Assembly (NCBI GenBank): GCA_020891255.1
Contig: BQFW01000009.1
Coordinates: forward strand, 992,001-1,056,000
Source: Entomortierella parvispora E1425
Taxonomy: Eukaryota > Fungi > Mortierellomycota
DNA: 64,000 nucleotides
Direction of reading: 5' to 3'
Shown: positions 27,910-40,977 of the stretch, piece after piece
How the letters are laid out: each line of letters opens with the position of its first letter
How positions within the stretch are numbered: the first letter of the stretch is position 1
Made by a program: the position numbers and the translations under genes
The notes under the pieces: generated by a model
What the model was told of the DNA's origin: nothing
Database searches by the model: none
What the model saw: the letters and a program-made list of their open reading frames with translations, nothing else

Positions 27910-30857
27910 ATGTCGCGCCACAGGAACGTACGCAACCTCGACATCGATGGTAATGTCTCCCACCGCCATTACCGCTGACTGCTGCTCGAAATTGACACGC
28001 GGCGACGAGATTTGCCAAGAAAGATCACTTTTTCCTCTGGCGAATCTCGCGTTTGAATGGGACAATCAAACTTACGCTGCATGCATGCACTTTGCGTCGC
28101 TCATACCTCGTTCCCTTTTGAATTGCCTGTAGATGTCATGGACGATGGATACGATGAGGATGATTATGCTGAGGAGCAGCCCATGAGCGCAGAAGACCAA
28201 GGTATGGAGACGAGAGCAAAAGAGTATGGACAGAAGCTGTCTACAACTGACTCGCGATTCTAACTGCCAACACTCCCCTTTGACTTTTCCGACGTTGCGA
28301 CTTTCTGATTCCCCAACTGCGCCTTCGCCTTCATAAATGACTGGACTATGGGATCAACAGCTCAGATGGACGATGCCACAGAGGAAGTCAAGGCTATTCT
28401 TGCCGGATCAAAAATTTCTGTCAAGGAGATCCAGGATGCGCTCTGGCACTACTACTTTGATGTCGATCAGACTGTTGCGTATCTTGTTGGTAAGAAGATG
28501 ATAGCAGCCTTTGTTTAACTGTGCCTTCGATCTCAACATTGTTTTGACATTCGCTTTGGTTCTAAAAACAGAGGAGCTTGCTAAGAAGCAGAAAGCCGCT
28601 ACGGCTGCCGCAGCCAAGAAAAACACATCGACTCCCAAACTCTCTCAGAGCGGTGCTGCAACACCCACGCACGCATCCACCAAGACTTTCTCTACTCCCA
28701 AACGTGAGTAGCATGACCGACTTTGCAGCTGACGCAACTGTATTTACTCATTGTCTGACTAAACGGCCTCTGACTGACACTCGCTTTTAGATAATGACGC
28801 TTCAAAAGCGCAATTTACGACACCAGCCACACAAGACGACGATATTGTAGAGTTTTTAGAAGACGACGAAGTGCCATATGGACAACTTCGCTTTGACATG
28901 TCGGCTATGAACTTTGGATCATCACTAAAGCCTGCTTCGGCTGCAAAGAAGATATCGGGTACAGGAACGAAAACAACCTCATCAGCGTCAGGAACGCCAC
29001 TCTTGTCCACTGACCGCTCAGGAATGTCAACGCCTGTAGAGTCGGCTCCCCCCTCTGGTGTCTCGACTCCATCAAAGGCAGCAACGAAGCTCGGCAAGAG
29101 GATTGATGTTGTGACAGAATACCAAAAGCGAGTGGCGGAGAAAGAGTCTCTGAACTTGGTTGTAATTGGTAAGCAGACAACATGAACATATCGGGAGTGT
29201 CAGTCATACCTTGCTCTGAATACAGCCCTCTGACTGAAATTATTTAATCGGCTCGTTATAGGACATGTTGATGCTGGAAAGAGCACGCTCATGGGCCATA
29301 TGCTTTACCTTCAGGGCGAGGTGAACGAAAAGACTATCCGAAAGCATGAACGCGACGCCCAAAAGATTGGAAAGGCTTCTTTCGCCTTTGCTTGGGTTTT
29401 GGATGAGACTGGAGAGGAGCGAGCCAGAGGAATCACTATGGATGTTGGCGTGACGAAGTTCGAGACGGAGCACAGACGATTTACATTATTGGATGCACCA
29501 GGTCACCGCGACTTCATTCCTAACATGATTTCTGGAACGGCTCAGGCTGATGTTGCTATCTTGGTTGTCGACTCCACTACTGGAGAGTTTGAATCTGGAT
29601 TCGATGCCAATGGACAGACTAAAGAGCATGCCCTTTTGGCTCGCAGTCTGGGCGTACAACAACTTGTCATTGCTGTCAACAAACTGGACTCCGTTGGATG
29701 GTCCGAGGCACGGTTCCTTGATATTGTGCATAGATTGGAAGGATTCTTGGTCAAAGACGCTAGCTTCAAGAAGTCAAACTTGATCTTTGTCCCTTGTTCT
29801 GGATTTACAGGCGAGAACCTGGTGAGGAGATCAAAAACTGGTAGCATTTGCAACGGATCTGCAGTCACTGATGCACCTGTGGGTGAAAGCGTGGCGAAAG
29901 TTGTTCAGGACTTTGCATGGTACAGGGGACCAACTCTTATCCAGACAATTGACAAATTGGACGCACCTACTCGAGCAGTGGAGAAACCCTTCAGGATGTC
30001 AGTCACTGATGTCTTTAAAGGAGCAGGCGGTGTTGCTACAGCAGGTCGCTTGGAGGCTGGACATGTTCAAGTTGGAGAAGCAATCATGGTGATGCCTGGC
30101 GGGGAGATGGCAGTTGTTAAAAGTATGCGAAATTTTTTGACACGATCCCCACATTGTATGATCTTGGAAGAGAAACTAACATGATGTTGTAAATGAATAT
30201 TTAGGCATGGAAATGAATGACGAACCAACACGATGGGCTGCTGCTGGTGACTCTGTTCTATTAACACTCTCGGGTATTGAACTTTTGCAAGTCAGGTAAG
30301 TCGTAATCCAATGTGGATACAAAATCCGCCCGTCTGATGCGGCTATTAGGGATGCAACCTAACGCACTCTGCTTTCCTGCATCTTTATAGCACTGGCTCT
30401 GTGTTGTGCTCTAGAGACGCGCCCATCCCAGTTACGACTCACTTTGCTGCCCAGATTGTTGTCTTTGACGTCAAGATCCCCATTACCGTTGGCTTCCCTG
30501 TATGTGAAAACCAAACACTTCCCCGTGGTCTTAGCAGACAGGCGCGAAAGCTCGTACTCATCCAACATCTTATTTTTATCATTATAGGTTATCATGCACC
30601 ATCAAAGCCATAACGAACCGGGAACGATCTCCAAGTTAGTAGCAACGATCGACAAGGGCACTGGCGAGATTGTTAAGAAATCGCCAAGGCATTTGGGAAA
30701 GAACACAACCGCCATGGTAGAGATCAAGCTTTCTGGTCGGGCTATTCCTCTGGAAACTTTCAAGGACTCCAAGGAACTTGGACGAGTCATGCTTCGGAAA
30801 GGAGGCGAGACCATTGCCGCTGGTATTGTTACCAAGATCTTGAGCTATGGGTCATAG
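27910..30857 (+). CDS. HBS1: Hbs1 (eRF3/EF1A-like GTPase of ribosome rescue), multi-exon
   Basis: MSRHRNVRN N-terminus, DALWHYYFDV motif, GHVDAGKST, ERARGITMD, DAPGHRDF, NKLD, and C-terminal LGRVMLRKGGETIAAG. Confidence 0.95.
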
Positions 30858-31014
30858 ATGGAAGGTAGTTGACGGGGAAGGCGCAACATCATACAACATA
30901 AACCCCACCTCGTTCCGTACATTAAAAACAGTTAGATCTTTTACCCTTCATATTGTACTGTGCGTGCCCCACTGTTTTTATTTGAAGAGTTATATCTGGA
31001 CTGCGTGGTGATGG

Positions 31015-33106
31015 TTAAGGCTCCTTGTGCTGCCCATGCTCCTCCTCGTGTCTCCTGGATGGCTTTTGCGGCAGAATATCGATTGTGCCCCTCTTTGGTG
31101 CCAAAGGCAGGAAACTAGATTGAGGTCTGTACGCGGCATCTTTTTTGATGGTAGAGTTCTTAATGCTGGCTGGGATCCAGTGAAAAACGATGTACCGAAC
31201 GAATCGCTCAAAGTATGTCTATCGTTCACACAATAGAAAGCAGAGATAGAATGAGGGTTAGAAACGAGAACAGTTGTGCTCGATGATCACGCATCAAAGG
31301 GTAAATAGTGGCCTAATATTACCTGACCGCTCAAGAGCATTTGCATTGTCCGGCTTGCTTCAACCTGCTGTTCAACGTGAGGTTGTCTTCAGAGACGCAA
31401 GAAAGAGCGTAAGATGTTGGTTAACAGGGTGGTCAGAGACTGGATAACAATGGACGATGCTTGGTTGGGTCTTTACCTTTGAGATTTGTAGTCCTGCAAA
31501 GCTTCCTTGATGGACTCGAGTGAGAGCGACTTCAGATCATACAGACAGTTGGTCAAGATAACGGCATCTAATGAGGCAACCTGTGTGAATAAACATAGGA
31601 CGTTTGACATTGAGAACTGGAAATTGACGGCTGCCCATGTATTTTTTACCTTGCATGGCACACACTGCTCCCATTCCACCGCTTGGGAGAAGTTTGTGGG
31701 CAGCTGTTTGTTGTTGTTGTTGTTGTTGTTGTTGTTGCAAGGAGGGGAAGGATCCAAATGTAAAATTTTTTTTAAAAAAAAAAAAAAGAATTAGATGCCG
31801 CCTCACGCACTCTCAAAATATGACAAGGTCGCTGCTCCTTTACCATCGCCGATGAGAACTGTGCGGCCGTGGGTCCACGTCAAAAACAGCTTATCTTCCA
31901 AAAAGACCCTTGAGATGCTATCCTTGGGCGTATGATCGATCATATTGCCGATCGTTCTACCCCCAGGCAATCGAAACTCCCTGACTACTTTGATCGCCTC
32001 ATCATTCAACTCGGACTTCCATTCGGGATTGCGGAACTTTACTGCGTCGGCCTCGGCTTGCGAGTTCAATTGCTCCACGACGAACCAGCAAACACGATTG
32101 TCAGGCACATTGAACTCTGCCCACTAGTTTGTACATTGTAGATACGATTAGGAACATCTGGGCTGTAATAACCTCTGGTCGAAGCGACAAGGAGACACAT
32201 CTTTTTTTTTTTCTTACACTGTAGTTTGTGCCTCGGCCAATGACCTGTGAAAAGACACAGTTCTCCTTAGCCACGAATGGATATTCCTCGGGATTCAAAG
32301 GATCACTTGTTCCAACAAGACAAATGTAACCCTTGGGCAACTCCTGTTCATCCGAGGGAGGAAGCAAGTTTTCTTCCTTGAGAGTCTTGAACAAGGACTG
32401 ACGAACGCCACTGTAAGCACCATCAGCACCCACGAGCAAGTCACCCTTGTAGGTAGAACCGTCTGCACAGGTGATATGGACGCCATCCTTGTCCTCGGCC
32501 ACAGACACAACATCTTTGTCGTAGTGAATCCTCTCTGCGGGAACCTTGGATAACAGAAGCTTGTGCAAATCAGGGCGGGGGAAGAGGTGGAACTCGTACC
32601 CGATACTAATAGAAAATAATATAACCTCATGAGCTGTCATTATTGAAAGCCGTCGATAACCAGCCTCATCGCCCTGGGAACCAGAACGTGAACAAGAAGG
32701 GAGGTCACTTACGCGCCATCAAGGTTTGGGTCTGGCAAGGCCGCAATGATGTCCAAGTTATCGTACATGATGTTGGACTGGTGATGACTTCCTTGGATCG
32801 ATATCGCCTTCAGTTCCTCGTAGAGACCAATCTGCTCAATTGAAGCGAGGATGTTGGCGCTCAAGGACATAATTGAGCCTGACGTATGCATACCCATGTT
32901 AGGTGCAATGGACTGTGGAAGTGGGGAAGCCTCTCTACAACAACAGGTATGGAGTCTTGAAACTCACCTAGGGGCTTGACTTTGCTGGCCCTTTCATAGA
33001 TCTCGTAGGGGATCCTAGCCTTGTCAAGGAGGATCGCAAGATAGAGTCCACCGATACCTGCTCCTGCGATAAGCACTTTTGGTGCTGTGTATTCTGTCGT
33101 GAACAT
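31015..33106 (-). CDS. FAD-dependent monooxygenase (salicylate hydroxylase/zeaxanthin epoxidase-like), copy 1
   Basis: VLIAGAGIGG (GxGxxG), LVGADGAYSGVR (DG motif), VLIGDAAHKLLPSGGMGA (GD motif). All exons join in frame. Confidence 0.9.
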
Positions 33107-33556
33107 TGGTTGAAGTGTCGACACCGGTCAGACGTGTAAGGAGTGGAGTGTGGCTGGTCGTGAGAGAAGGAAAGGAAGAAGAAAAGAAAAAACGAAAAAA
33201 TGGGCAAAAAATGATACGGCTCTTGGGCGGAAGGGAATCGAGAGCTGCTGCTGAGTAGGACGGCAGACCAAAGCACTACACAGCATCGATGAGTGCATGC
33301 ACAATGGACTTTGGGATTGCTCTCATTTTCGTTGAGAGACTTTCATCGGTCACCCATGCACCTCATACACCTTTACCTTCAAGTGCAGATACCACTTTTT
33401 GCATCATGAAACGGCAAAAGCACCATCTGTGATCGAGGACAGTGCTGTCCGTTGTCGAGATATGGGTAATGAAGTGGCCCATCTTTTATTCTGGTATAGA
33501 AAGTCGTGTATATGGAAAGCTGGCGTGCTCTAGAAGCGCGGTTGACCAATGGACAT

Positions 33557-35854
33557 CTAGAGAGCAACAGCCGGCGCTGGCTCGTTGCTCTCTCCCCTCT
33601 TCTTTTTCTTCTCTTCTTCATAACGCCGAGAGGGACGTTGAGGAAGAACGTCAATTGTACCTCGTGTAGGCGCAAGAGGCATGAAGTTCAGCTGCGGACG
33701 GTATGCAGCGTCCTTTCTCATCGAAGCATCCTTGATACTCGATGGCATCCAGTTGAAGGCAATTTTGCGGATGATACGCTCCACCAACGTCTATCCAGAA
33801 GCAGCAAAAGATGTTAGAGACCTGGATCCCTCCCATTGGTGGCGCTCTCGCCTTCTTTGAGAAGGTTCACGGTTCACTTACCTGGCCATTCAAGAAGATG
33901 GCCATGAGTTTGCTGGCTTGAAACTGTTTCTTGACATGAGGGTATCTAAAGGAGGACCAACAGTCAGAGTTTGTCACATTATGAACACCCTTACTTTGTT
34001 GAACGCTCTTACCTCTGCGACTTGAAGTCTTGGAGGGCCTCCTGGATGGATTCCGGTGCCAGAGACTTTAGATCATACAGACAGTTGGTCAGGATTACAG
34101 CATCTAATAAGGCAACCAGTGTGAATAAAAACATGGGACCCTTGACATTGAGAATGGAGATTGGAGGTGGTCCTTGTATTTTTAACCTTGCATGGCACAC
34201 ACTGCTCCTTGCCCAGCGCTCGGGAGAAGCTAATCGATGGAACGATGAGTTTAAATAGAGTAAGAATGACGGACAGAACGAGGGCGGGGCTGAAGAACAA
34301 ACCAGACAGCAACAGAAAACAAAACTAATGCACGAGAGCAACCACCCCACCTTGTGTGCAGCTGGGTGAAGGACGTGAGAGCGAACAAGTCAGATGTGAT
34401 TAGTACCCTGTTCTTTTTTTTTTCTTCGTTTTGTGCTACGACATGCAAATGGGAACCCACCGTCTCCAATGAGGACAGTTCGCCCATGCGTCCAAGTCCG
34501 GTACACTTTGTCTTCAAGAAAGACCCTCGAGATGTTGTCTCTGGGCGTATGATTGATCAGATTGCCAAGCGTTCCGCTTGGAAGACGAAAGCCCTTCACA
34601 GCCTCAATCATATGACCATGGAACTCGGGTCCCCATTCAGAATTTCGAAATTTGATCTCCTCAGACTCGGCCTCATTTGCCAGCTGATACACAACAAACC
34701 AACAGATACGATTATCCGGCACGTTGAATTCCGCCCACTACAAGATGATGAATCCATTCAATAATTAGAAAATAGAGTGCTCAAAGTTTTAAGAGTCAAA
34801 GGTGAAGGGTGCAGACGTTCCACTCACGCTGTAGGCGGTGCCACGGCCGATGACCTGAGAAAAGGTACAATTTTCCCTTGCTACAAGGGGATACTCAGCA
34901 GGGTCCAGAGGGTCTGTTGTGCCCAGCAAACAAATGTACCCCTTCGATATCTCCTTGCCATCAGATGGAGGCAGTTGATTCGAGTCTTTAAGAGATTTGT
35001 ACAGCGACTGCCTGGAATGGACAACAAACAGAAAGATCAGAAAGCTGCCATCCAACAGCAACTGACCCATCCTCGAAAATGGTACCTGACTCCACTGTAA
35101 GCGCCATCTGCCCCTACTAGAATGTCTCCATGGTAAGTGGTATCGTCAGCGCATCTGATCATAACTCCCTCTTTGTTTTGTTGGATGGACAGCACTTTTT
35201 TGCTGTAATGGATTCGCTCGGGAGGTACTTTCGAGAGAAGTAGTGAGTGAAGAGCAGGGCGAGGGAATAAATGAAACTCATATCCGATTCTAAAAAGAAT
35301 GGGACAACAATTAGCTCACCCATTTCTCCCTTGGCGATTGTTTCATTTTTTTTCCCTCCCGTACAAGAACCTACGCGCCATCGAGATTTGGGTCTGGCAA
35401 GGCCGCAATGATCTCCATGTCATCATACATGATGTTGGAATTGTGGTGGCTTCCTTGAATTGATATCGCCCTCAGCTCCTCGTAGAGGCCAATCTGCTCA
35501 AATGAAGGTAGAATGTTCGCACTCAAGGACATTATAGAGCCTAACAGAATGTCAGCCTCTCTTATCTTCTCGTTTCTCTTTTGTTGTGTTAAGACCGTCC
35601 TACTCACCCAGTGGTCTGACAACCTTGGCTCGTTCAAAGATCTCATAAGATATACCAGCCTTTTCAAGGAGGATTGCAAGGTAGAGTCCACCGATACCCG
35701 CTCCAACCTAGAGCATGGAGATTCTACAAGGCATCAGTCGGCTGCGTGAGTACAGGAAGTGGATATGATCGCGACTCTACAACTTTACGATCATAACATG
35801 CGGGGTTTTTCCGTCACTGGCAGGCGGAAGCTTGGATGGATATTTGGTGGACAT
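33557..35854 (-). CDS. FAD-dependent monooxygenase, copy 2 (tandem paralogue with three extra introns and an 11-nt micro-exon)
   Basis: MSTKYPSKLPPASDGKTPHVMI|VGAGIGG, GADGAYSGVR|QSL, LIGD|AAHK|LLPSAGQGA. Micro-exon 34351-34361 is flanked by CAG and GT. Confidence 0.88.
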
Positions 35855-36298
35855 ATCGGTGAAGAGGCAAGTTTGATGCTTAATCTGTTGGGAGGGAAAT
35901 ATGGGTGACGAGGACGAGAAGGAGAGAAAGACCGCAAACGAGCGGGCAGACAAATTAGAGGCAAAAAGTGAAAAAAAGTGGATTCTGCGCAGACTGATCC
36001 TCTTTTATTATCGTTGTACCTGCTACAAACGTGTGTACAGAACAAAATGAGCATCGTCGAGCCCCTCCCGCCACTCCGCTTTGGCCATTTCCGTCGCTCT
36101 TTCCCCACGGTAGATCAGAACTCTGTTGGATCCCACGCCTGAAGAGTGTCAATTGCCAGATCAATAGTATGAACGACTTTTTTCTTTGCATTTGCTTTTA
36201 ATAACATTGCTTCTATTCCATAATGATACTTTACAGGTGTATTTGTGTGAGTGGGGGGGATTGAGAGGCATGATATAAAGCTGTTGGATCATCGATAT

Positions 36299-39200
36299 TT
36301 AGCGGCGATCCCAGCGAACGAAGCGGACAGAGACAAAGACCATGACAACGTTGAAGACCAGGTAAATGCAGAGGATACCCATATTTCTCCAGCGATGACT
36401 GAAATCCATGTTCAAACTAGCAGTGAAATCATCACCAACCGAGTACTGGCAGTACTGGCAGTTGTCGGTGGCGTTGGGGTTGTTGATGTAACCTGTGGCG
36501 GTTTCCAAGAACTTGGCGGCGTACTCTCCGCAGGTCTGACCGACGGGGGTGTGGAAGATCGAGAACTCATCACTAGCGCAGTGGACGGGGACGTTGTGCA
36601 ACTGGGAGGAGACAAGACCCTCAATGATGTAGTGGTAGGGATCCAACCAGTACATCCAGGAGCGCCAGAACTTGGGCATTTGAGCATAGGGCATCATGAC
36701 ACCGCAGAACAAGTTGAGAGACGAGAAGATGAAGGGGTTCAACAAGGCGGCAACAGTGGTAGAAGGCGTCAAGGCGGCAATGAGCTGACCAAGGGTGATG
36801 GCGAACATACAGAAGATGGTAATCATCAACCAGGTGTAGAAGGTCAAGACAGAGTCCGAGACGAAGCCGCAAGTCCAGTAGAAGACAACAAAGAAGATCG
36901 TGCTCGAAAATACCACATAGGGAACCTCAATGACCAAGATTGAGATGGCAAAGGGCTTCCATCCGTAGTACTTGCCAGCCAACTCACGGTAGAACCACTG
37001 GCGCTCCATGTGGAAACGGGGCTGAACCATGTTGACAAGCAAAGCGGCCATGACCATGATCTGGAAAATGACGAAGACACGGGACTGGAGATCGACCTTG
37101 GTGTTGTTGAGCTTGTAGAAGGAGAAACCATTGAGGAGGGCAAAGACCAACATCATGAAGATACGACCAAAGTTGTACTGGGGAAGACGCCAGTAGGTGT
37201 TGGCCATGCGACGGAAGACATACTTGATCTGCATCTTGGTATCAGCAGCATACTCGAGAGCCTCGTTCTTGGCAGCAGCAGCAGCGGCAGCGGCATCACC
37301 AGTAAGGGTCTTGCGGGTGGCCTTGATATCCTCGAGCAAGCGGACCTTCTCGGGAGAGGCATTCCAGATATCGGGCCAGTTCAAGTCAGAGTGACGAGAG
37401 TTGACAACGTCCAAGATGTATTCGGCGGGGTTGGCATCAGAGGCGCAGGTGGGGGCACCGTTTTTCTCAAAGTAGTGGATCAAGTCCTGAGAGTCGCGGC
37501 CAAGCTCACCAAAGAAGACAGTGCGACCACCCTTGGCGAGCAAGAGCAAGTCATCGAAGAAAGCAAACAACTGGGACGAAGGCTGATGAATCGTGCAGAG
37601 AATAGCCTGACCCTGATCAGTCAACTTGCGCATGAAACGCATGATGTTGTAGGAAGCCTGGGCATCCAAACCAGATGTAGGCTCATCCAAGAACAACAAC
37701 TTGGGCTTGGCGACCAGTTCGACACCGATGGTGAGACGCTTGCGCTCCTCGACCGAGATTCCGAGTCCAGACTCAGTGGTACCAATCAAAGCATCGGCGA
37801 TGCTCTCCATTTCCAAAATATGGATAATCTCCTCAACGTAAGCATCCTTCTCAGCCTCGGGAACATCAGCAGGCTGGCGAAGACGAGCAGAGAACTGGAG
37901 AGCCTCACGGACAGTGCACTCGGGTACATGGACATCCAATTGCTCGCAGTATCCGGTGGTGCGCTGGAAATCACGGCGAAGGGCTTCACCATCGACTTCA
38001 ACCTGCCCAGTAATGGTACCAATGTTCTTGCGCTGAGCGAGGACATCCAAAAGAGTGGTTTTTCCGGCACCAGAGGATCCCATGAGAGCAGTCATAGTAC
38101 CGGGTTTGACAAGACCAGCAATGCCAGTCAACAATTGCTTCTTGCCAGAAGGATCAGCTTTGTAAGGGACAACATAGTCGAGGTTCTCCCAGGCAAAGAC
38201 GGATCCCTTGGCCATCTCGAGCTCAATGCCAGAGCCTCCCTTGACCTCAGCCGCGGCCTCGATAGTGGAGACTTCAGAGGCACCAGTCTCCTCATCGACC
38301 TTGGCAGACAGGTTAACGGCGCCACGCTTGAAGACGTTGGTGGAGAAACCACCTTTGCCGAACTCAACCTTCTCTAAGGCAAGGCAGGTAACGCTGACAA
38401 AGAAGATCCAGAACAAGGCAACGGCAAGGACATCGTACCACATTTGGTCGGTCTTGTAACGGTAAGAGGCATACAGGTAGTTGGAACCATCGACATAAAT
38501 CTGACCAGGCTCAGAACCGGCAAGGGAGCAGACCTGGTACTGGACATCGGTGTAACTGGGACCGCTGGGAATCATAGTAGGACCAGAGCAGTCAAAGTTA
38601 AGACCGCGCATTTCGTTGGAGATCAGGGCCTTGAAGGCGTAAGCCAAAGGATTGATCCAGAAGATCCAGATAAACCAGGGGTGCATGGCTTGGTAAGGAA
38701 TCATATAACCAGAGTACAAGATCAAGGCCAGCAAGATCAGACCAGAGTTACGCGAGGCAGCATCGAAGGTGGCGGAGACAGCAGCCCACATGCGGAAGAA
38801 TGCGGTCATGCAGAGGGCAGTCAAGAACAGGATGAAACAGAAGAAGAACCATTTGCCAGCCTCCAGCTGGAGACCTGCCATAAAGTAGAGGACGACGGAG
38901 AAGAGCAGAATCTGGACAATAATCAAGGGGATATCGACACAGATTTGGGCAATGGCAAAGGCGGAAGGGCGGTACATGGCAAAGTTCTTGTGCTTGTACA
39001 GGATTGGACGACCCTGCATAGCCATAGGCAACTCTGCCTGAGAGATCAAGGCGTTGAACAGAAGAGCAAAGAAGAGAACACCTCCACGGGTAAAGGTTCC
39101 GCTGGCATCGGTCTTGAGCTGCAAGAAGACGGTACCGACAATGATAGCCTTAATGACGTTGGAGGCGTAACGGGAGATGACCGAGGTCATATCACCACGA

Positions 39201-40977
39201 GTCAATTGAACCTGACGAACAGTCAAGGCCTTGACCTGACCAGCAAAGGAGATCTGGTAAGGGTTCTTGCCAGAGACGTGCTTCTGCTTCAACTGCTTGG
39301 TGGCATCCTTGAAGTCCTCGGCAGGGTTGTGCTCTCGGACAGAGGCCTGGTACTCAAGACGCTGCTGCTCGCCGTTGGCGTAGCAGACCGATGCCTTGAA
39401 GGCCTGCTCGAACTGCAAGGGAGTGTGGGGGACCTTGGATTCAAAACCGGGGCGGGCACGACGCTCATGAGGATCAGTGCAAGCGGTAAGGAAATCAGCG
39501 GTGGTCTGACGAGCAGGGCACTCGAATCCGAGGTCAATGAAGTACTGACGAGCCATGTTGGCGGGGCCAAAGTAAATGGTGTGACCCTCGTAAAGGAGCA
39601 ACACCTTGTCAAAGAGATCGTAAATGTTCTCAGACTATTTGGCAGTAAAGAGCAAAGAGAGGAATGAGTATCGATGAAAATAAGCAGTAATCGTAGGTTG
39701 ATGAGAAAACGTGGAACTTACAGCCTGGTAAATAGACACCATGGTGGCCTTCTTGAGGAGGTTGGTCTGGACACGAAGGGACTTGACGTAGTCAAGAGCC
39801 GAAGAGGCATCCAAACCACGAGTGGAACCATCCCACATGTTGATCGAGGAACGGGTGGCCATCTGTTCGGCAATGGAGAGACGCTTGCGCTCACCTCCAG
39901 AGATACCGCGGATGAAAGCGTTACCGACCACAGTCTCAACCTGCTTGGTCAAGCCGTACATCTTCGTGAGCACATCCAAGAACTCATCGACGAACTGCTT
40001 CTTGTGCGACTGCTCGGGAAGACGCTTGCCGGGAGTCTTGGTCTTCAAGGCCGTGGTCAAAGTCTGACGGACAGTCAAGGTAGGATAATGGAAATCATCT
40101 ATTGCGATTATCGATCAAGAGTTAGAGGCAAGGCACTGCTATGACCATGGTGAGTTTTCAAAAGACAGAAATACATACCCTCTTGGTTGTACAAAACTTC
40201 ACCGCGGTGGTGCTCGCCGATCTCTTCAGCAGAGAAAGGACCATAAGTGATTTCACCAGTGACAGACTTGTAGTTCTTGTGGTCGTTAGCGAGGACACGA
40301 AGAAGAGTAGAGCATCCAGCTCCGGGACGACCAAGAACGAGGATCATCTCACCGTCCTTGCAGAAACCGTTCATGGGGTGAATGATGGTCTTTGTGATGG
40401 TGGCAGGCTGCTTAGGACCCTTGGAGAAGATCTTCTTGCCCCAGAAGATGGGGTTGACGAGGTTTGAGATGCCAATGAAGGGATCGGCAAAGGTCTTGAT
40501 GTACTGAGCACCAACACCCTCGCCGAGAACCTCGAGGTTCTCCCAGACAACACCGAGGTTGCGGCGCTTGATACCAGCATTCTCGGCACGGGGCATGACG
40601 TCCTTGAGGTAGTCAGTAAGATCGAAATCACCGCCATCGTTGGCCTTCTTCTCGCCGGTTTGGGTGCGGTAGATCGAAGAGCGCTTCGTGAGCTGGCGCT
40701 CCAGGTTCTTGAAGTCCTTCTCGGCTCCAACCACATTCACGCGCGATGGGCCTTCACCCCAGCGACCGCTGACAGCATCCTCGTAGGTGCCGGTCTCGGA
40801 TTTCTCGTCTTCCTCGTCATCGTCGGTCTCTGCATCTTCAAGGACCTCCTGCTTGTCGAAGGAGATGACAGTTTCTTGTTGTTGTTGCTGACTTTGTTGA
40901 TGGGATGCGTTGCGCAAGATACCCGTGGGTCGCTTAGACTCAGGTGCACCCAAAGTGCTTTCACTTGGGTTGGACAT
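36299..40977 (-). CDS. Full-size PDR/ABCG (Snq2/Pdr5-like) transporter, 3 exons
   Basis: NBD1 GRPGAGCSTLL and ISGGERKR; NBD2 GSSGAGKTTLL and SVEERKRLTIGVEL; two TMDs and PDR extracellular Cys motifs. Confidence 0.95.

Noticed and set aside
28490-29260. Ski7-like alternative exon in HBS1
   Set aside because: The introns are short and no extra exon or alternative 3' splice segment could be supported.
31707-31736. (CAA)n run read as poly-Gln in the ORF track
   Set aside because: It lies inside an intron, immediately before the CAG acceptor of the AAHK exon.
36251-39667. Long plus-strand ORFs antisense to the ABC transporter
   Set aside because: Shadow frames of a biased coding sequence.
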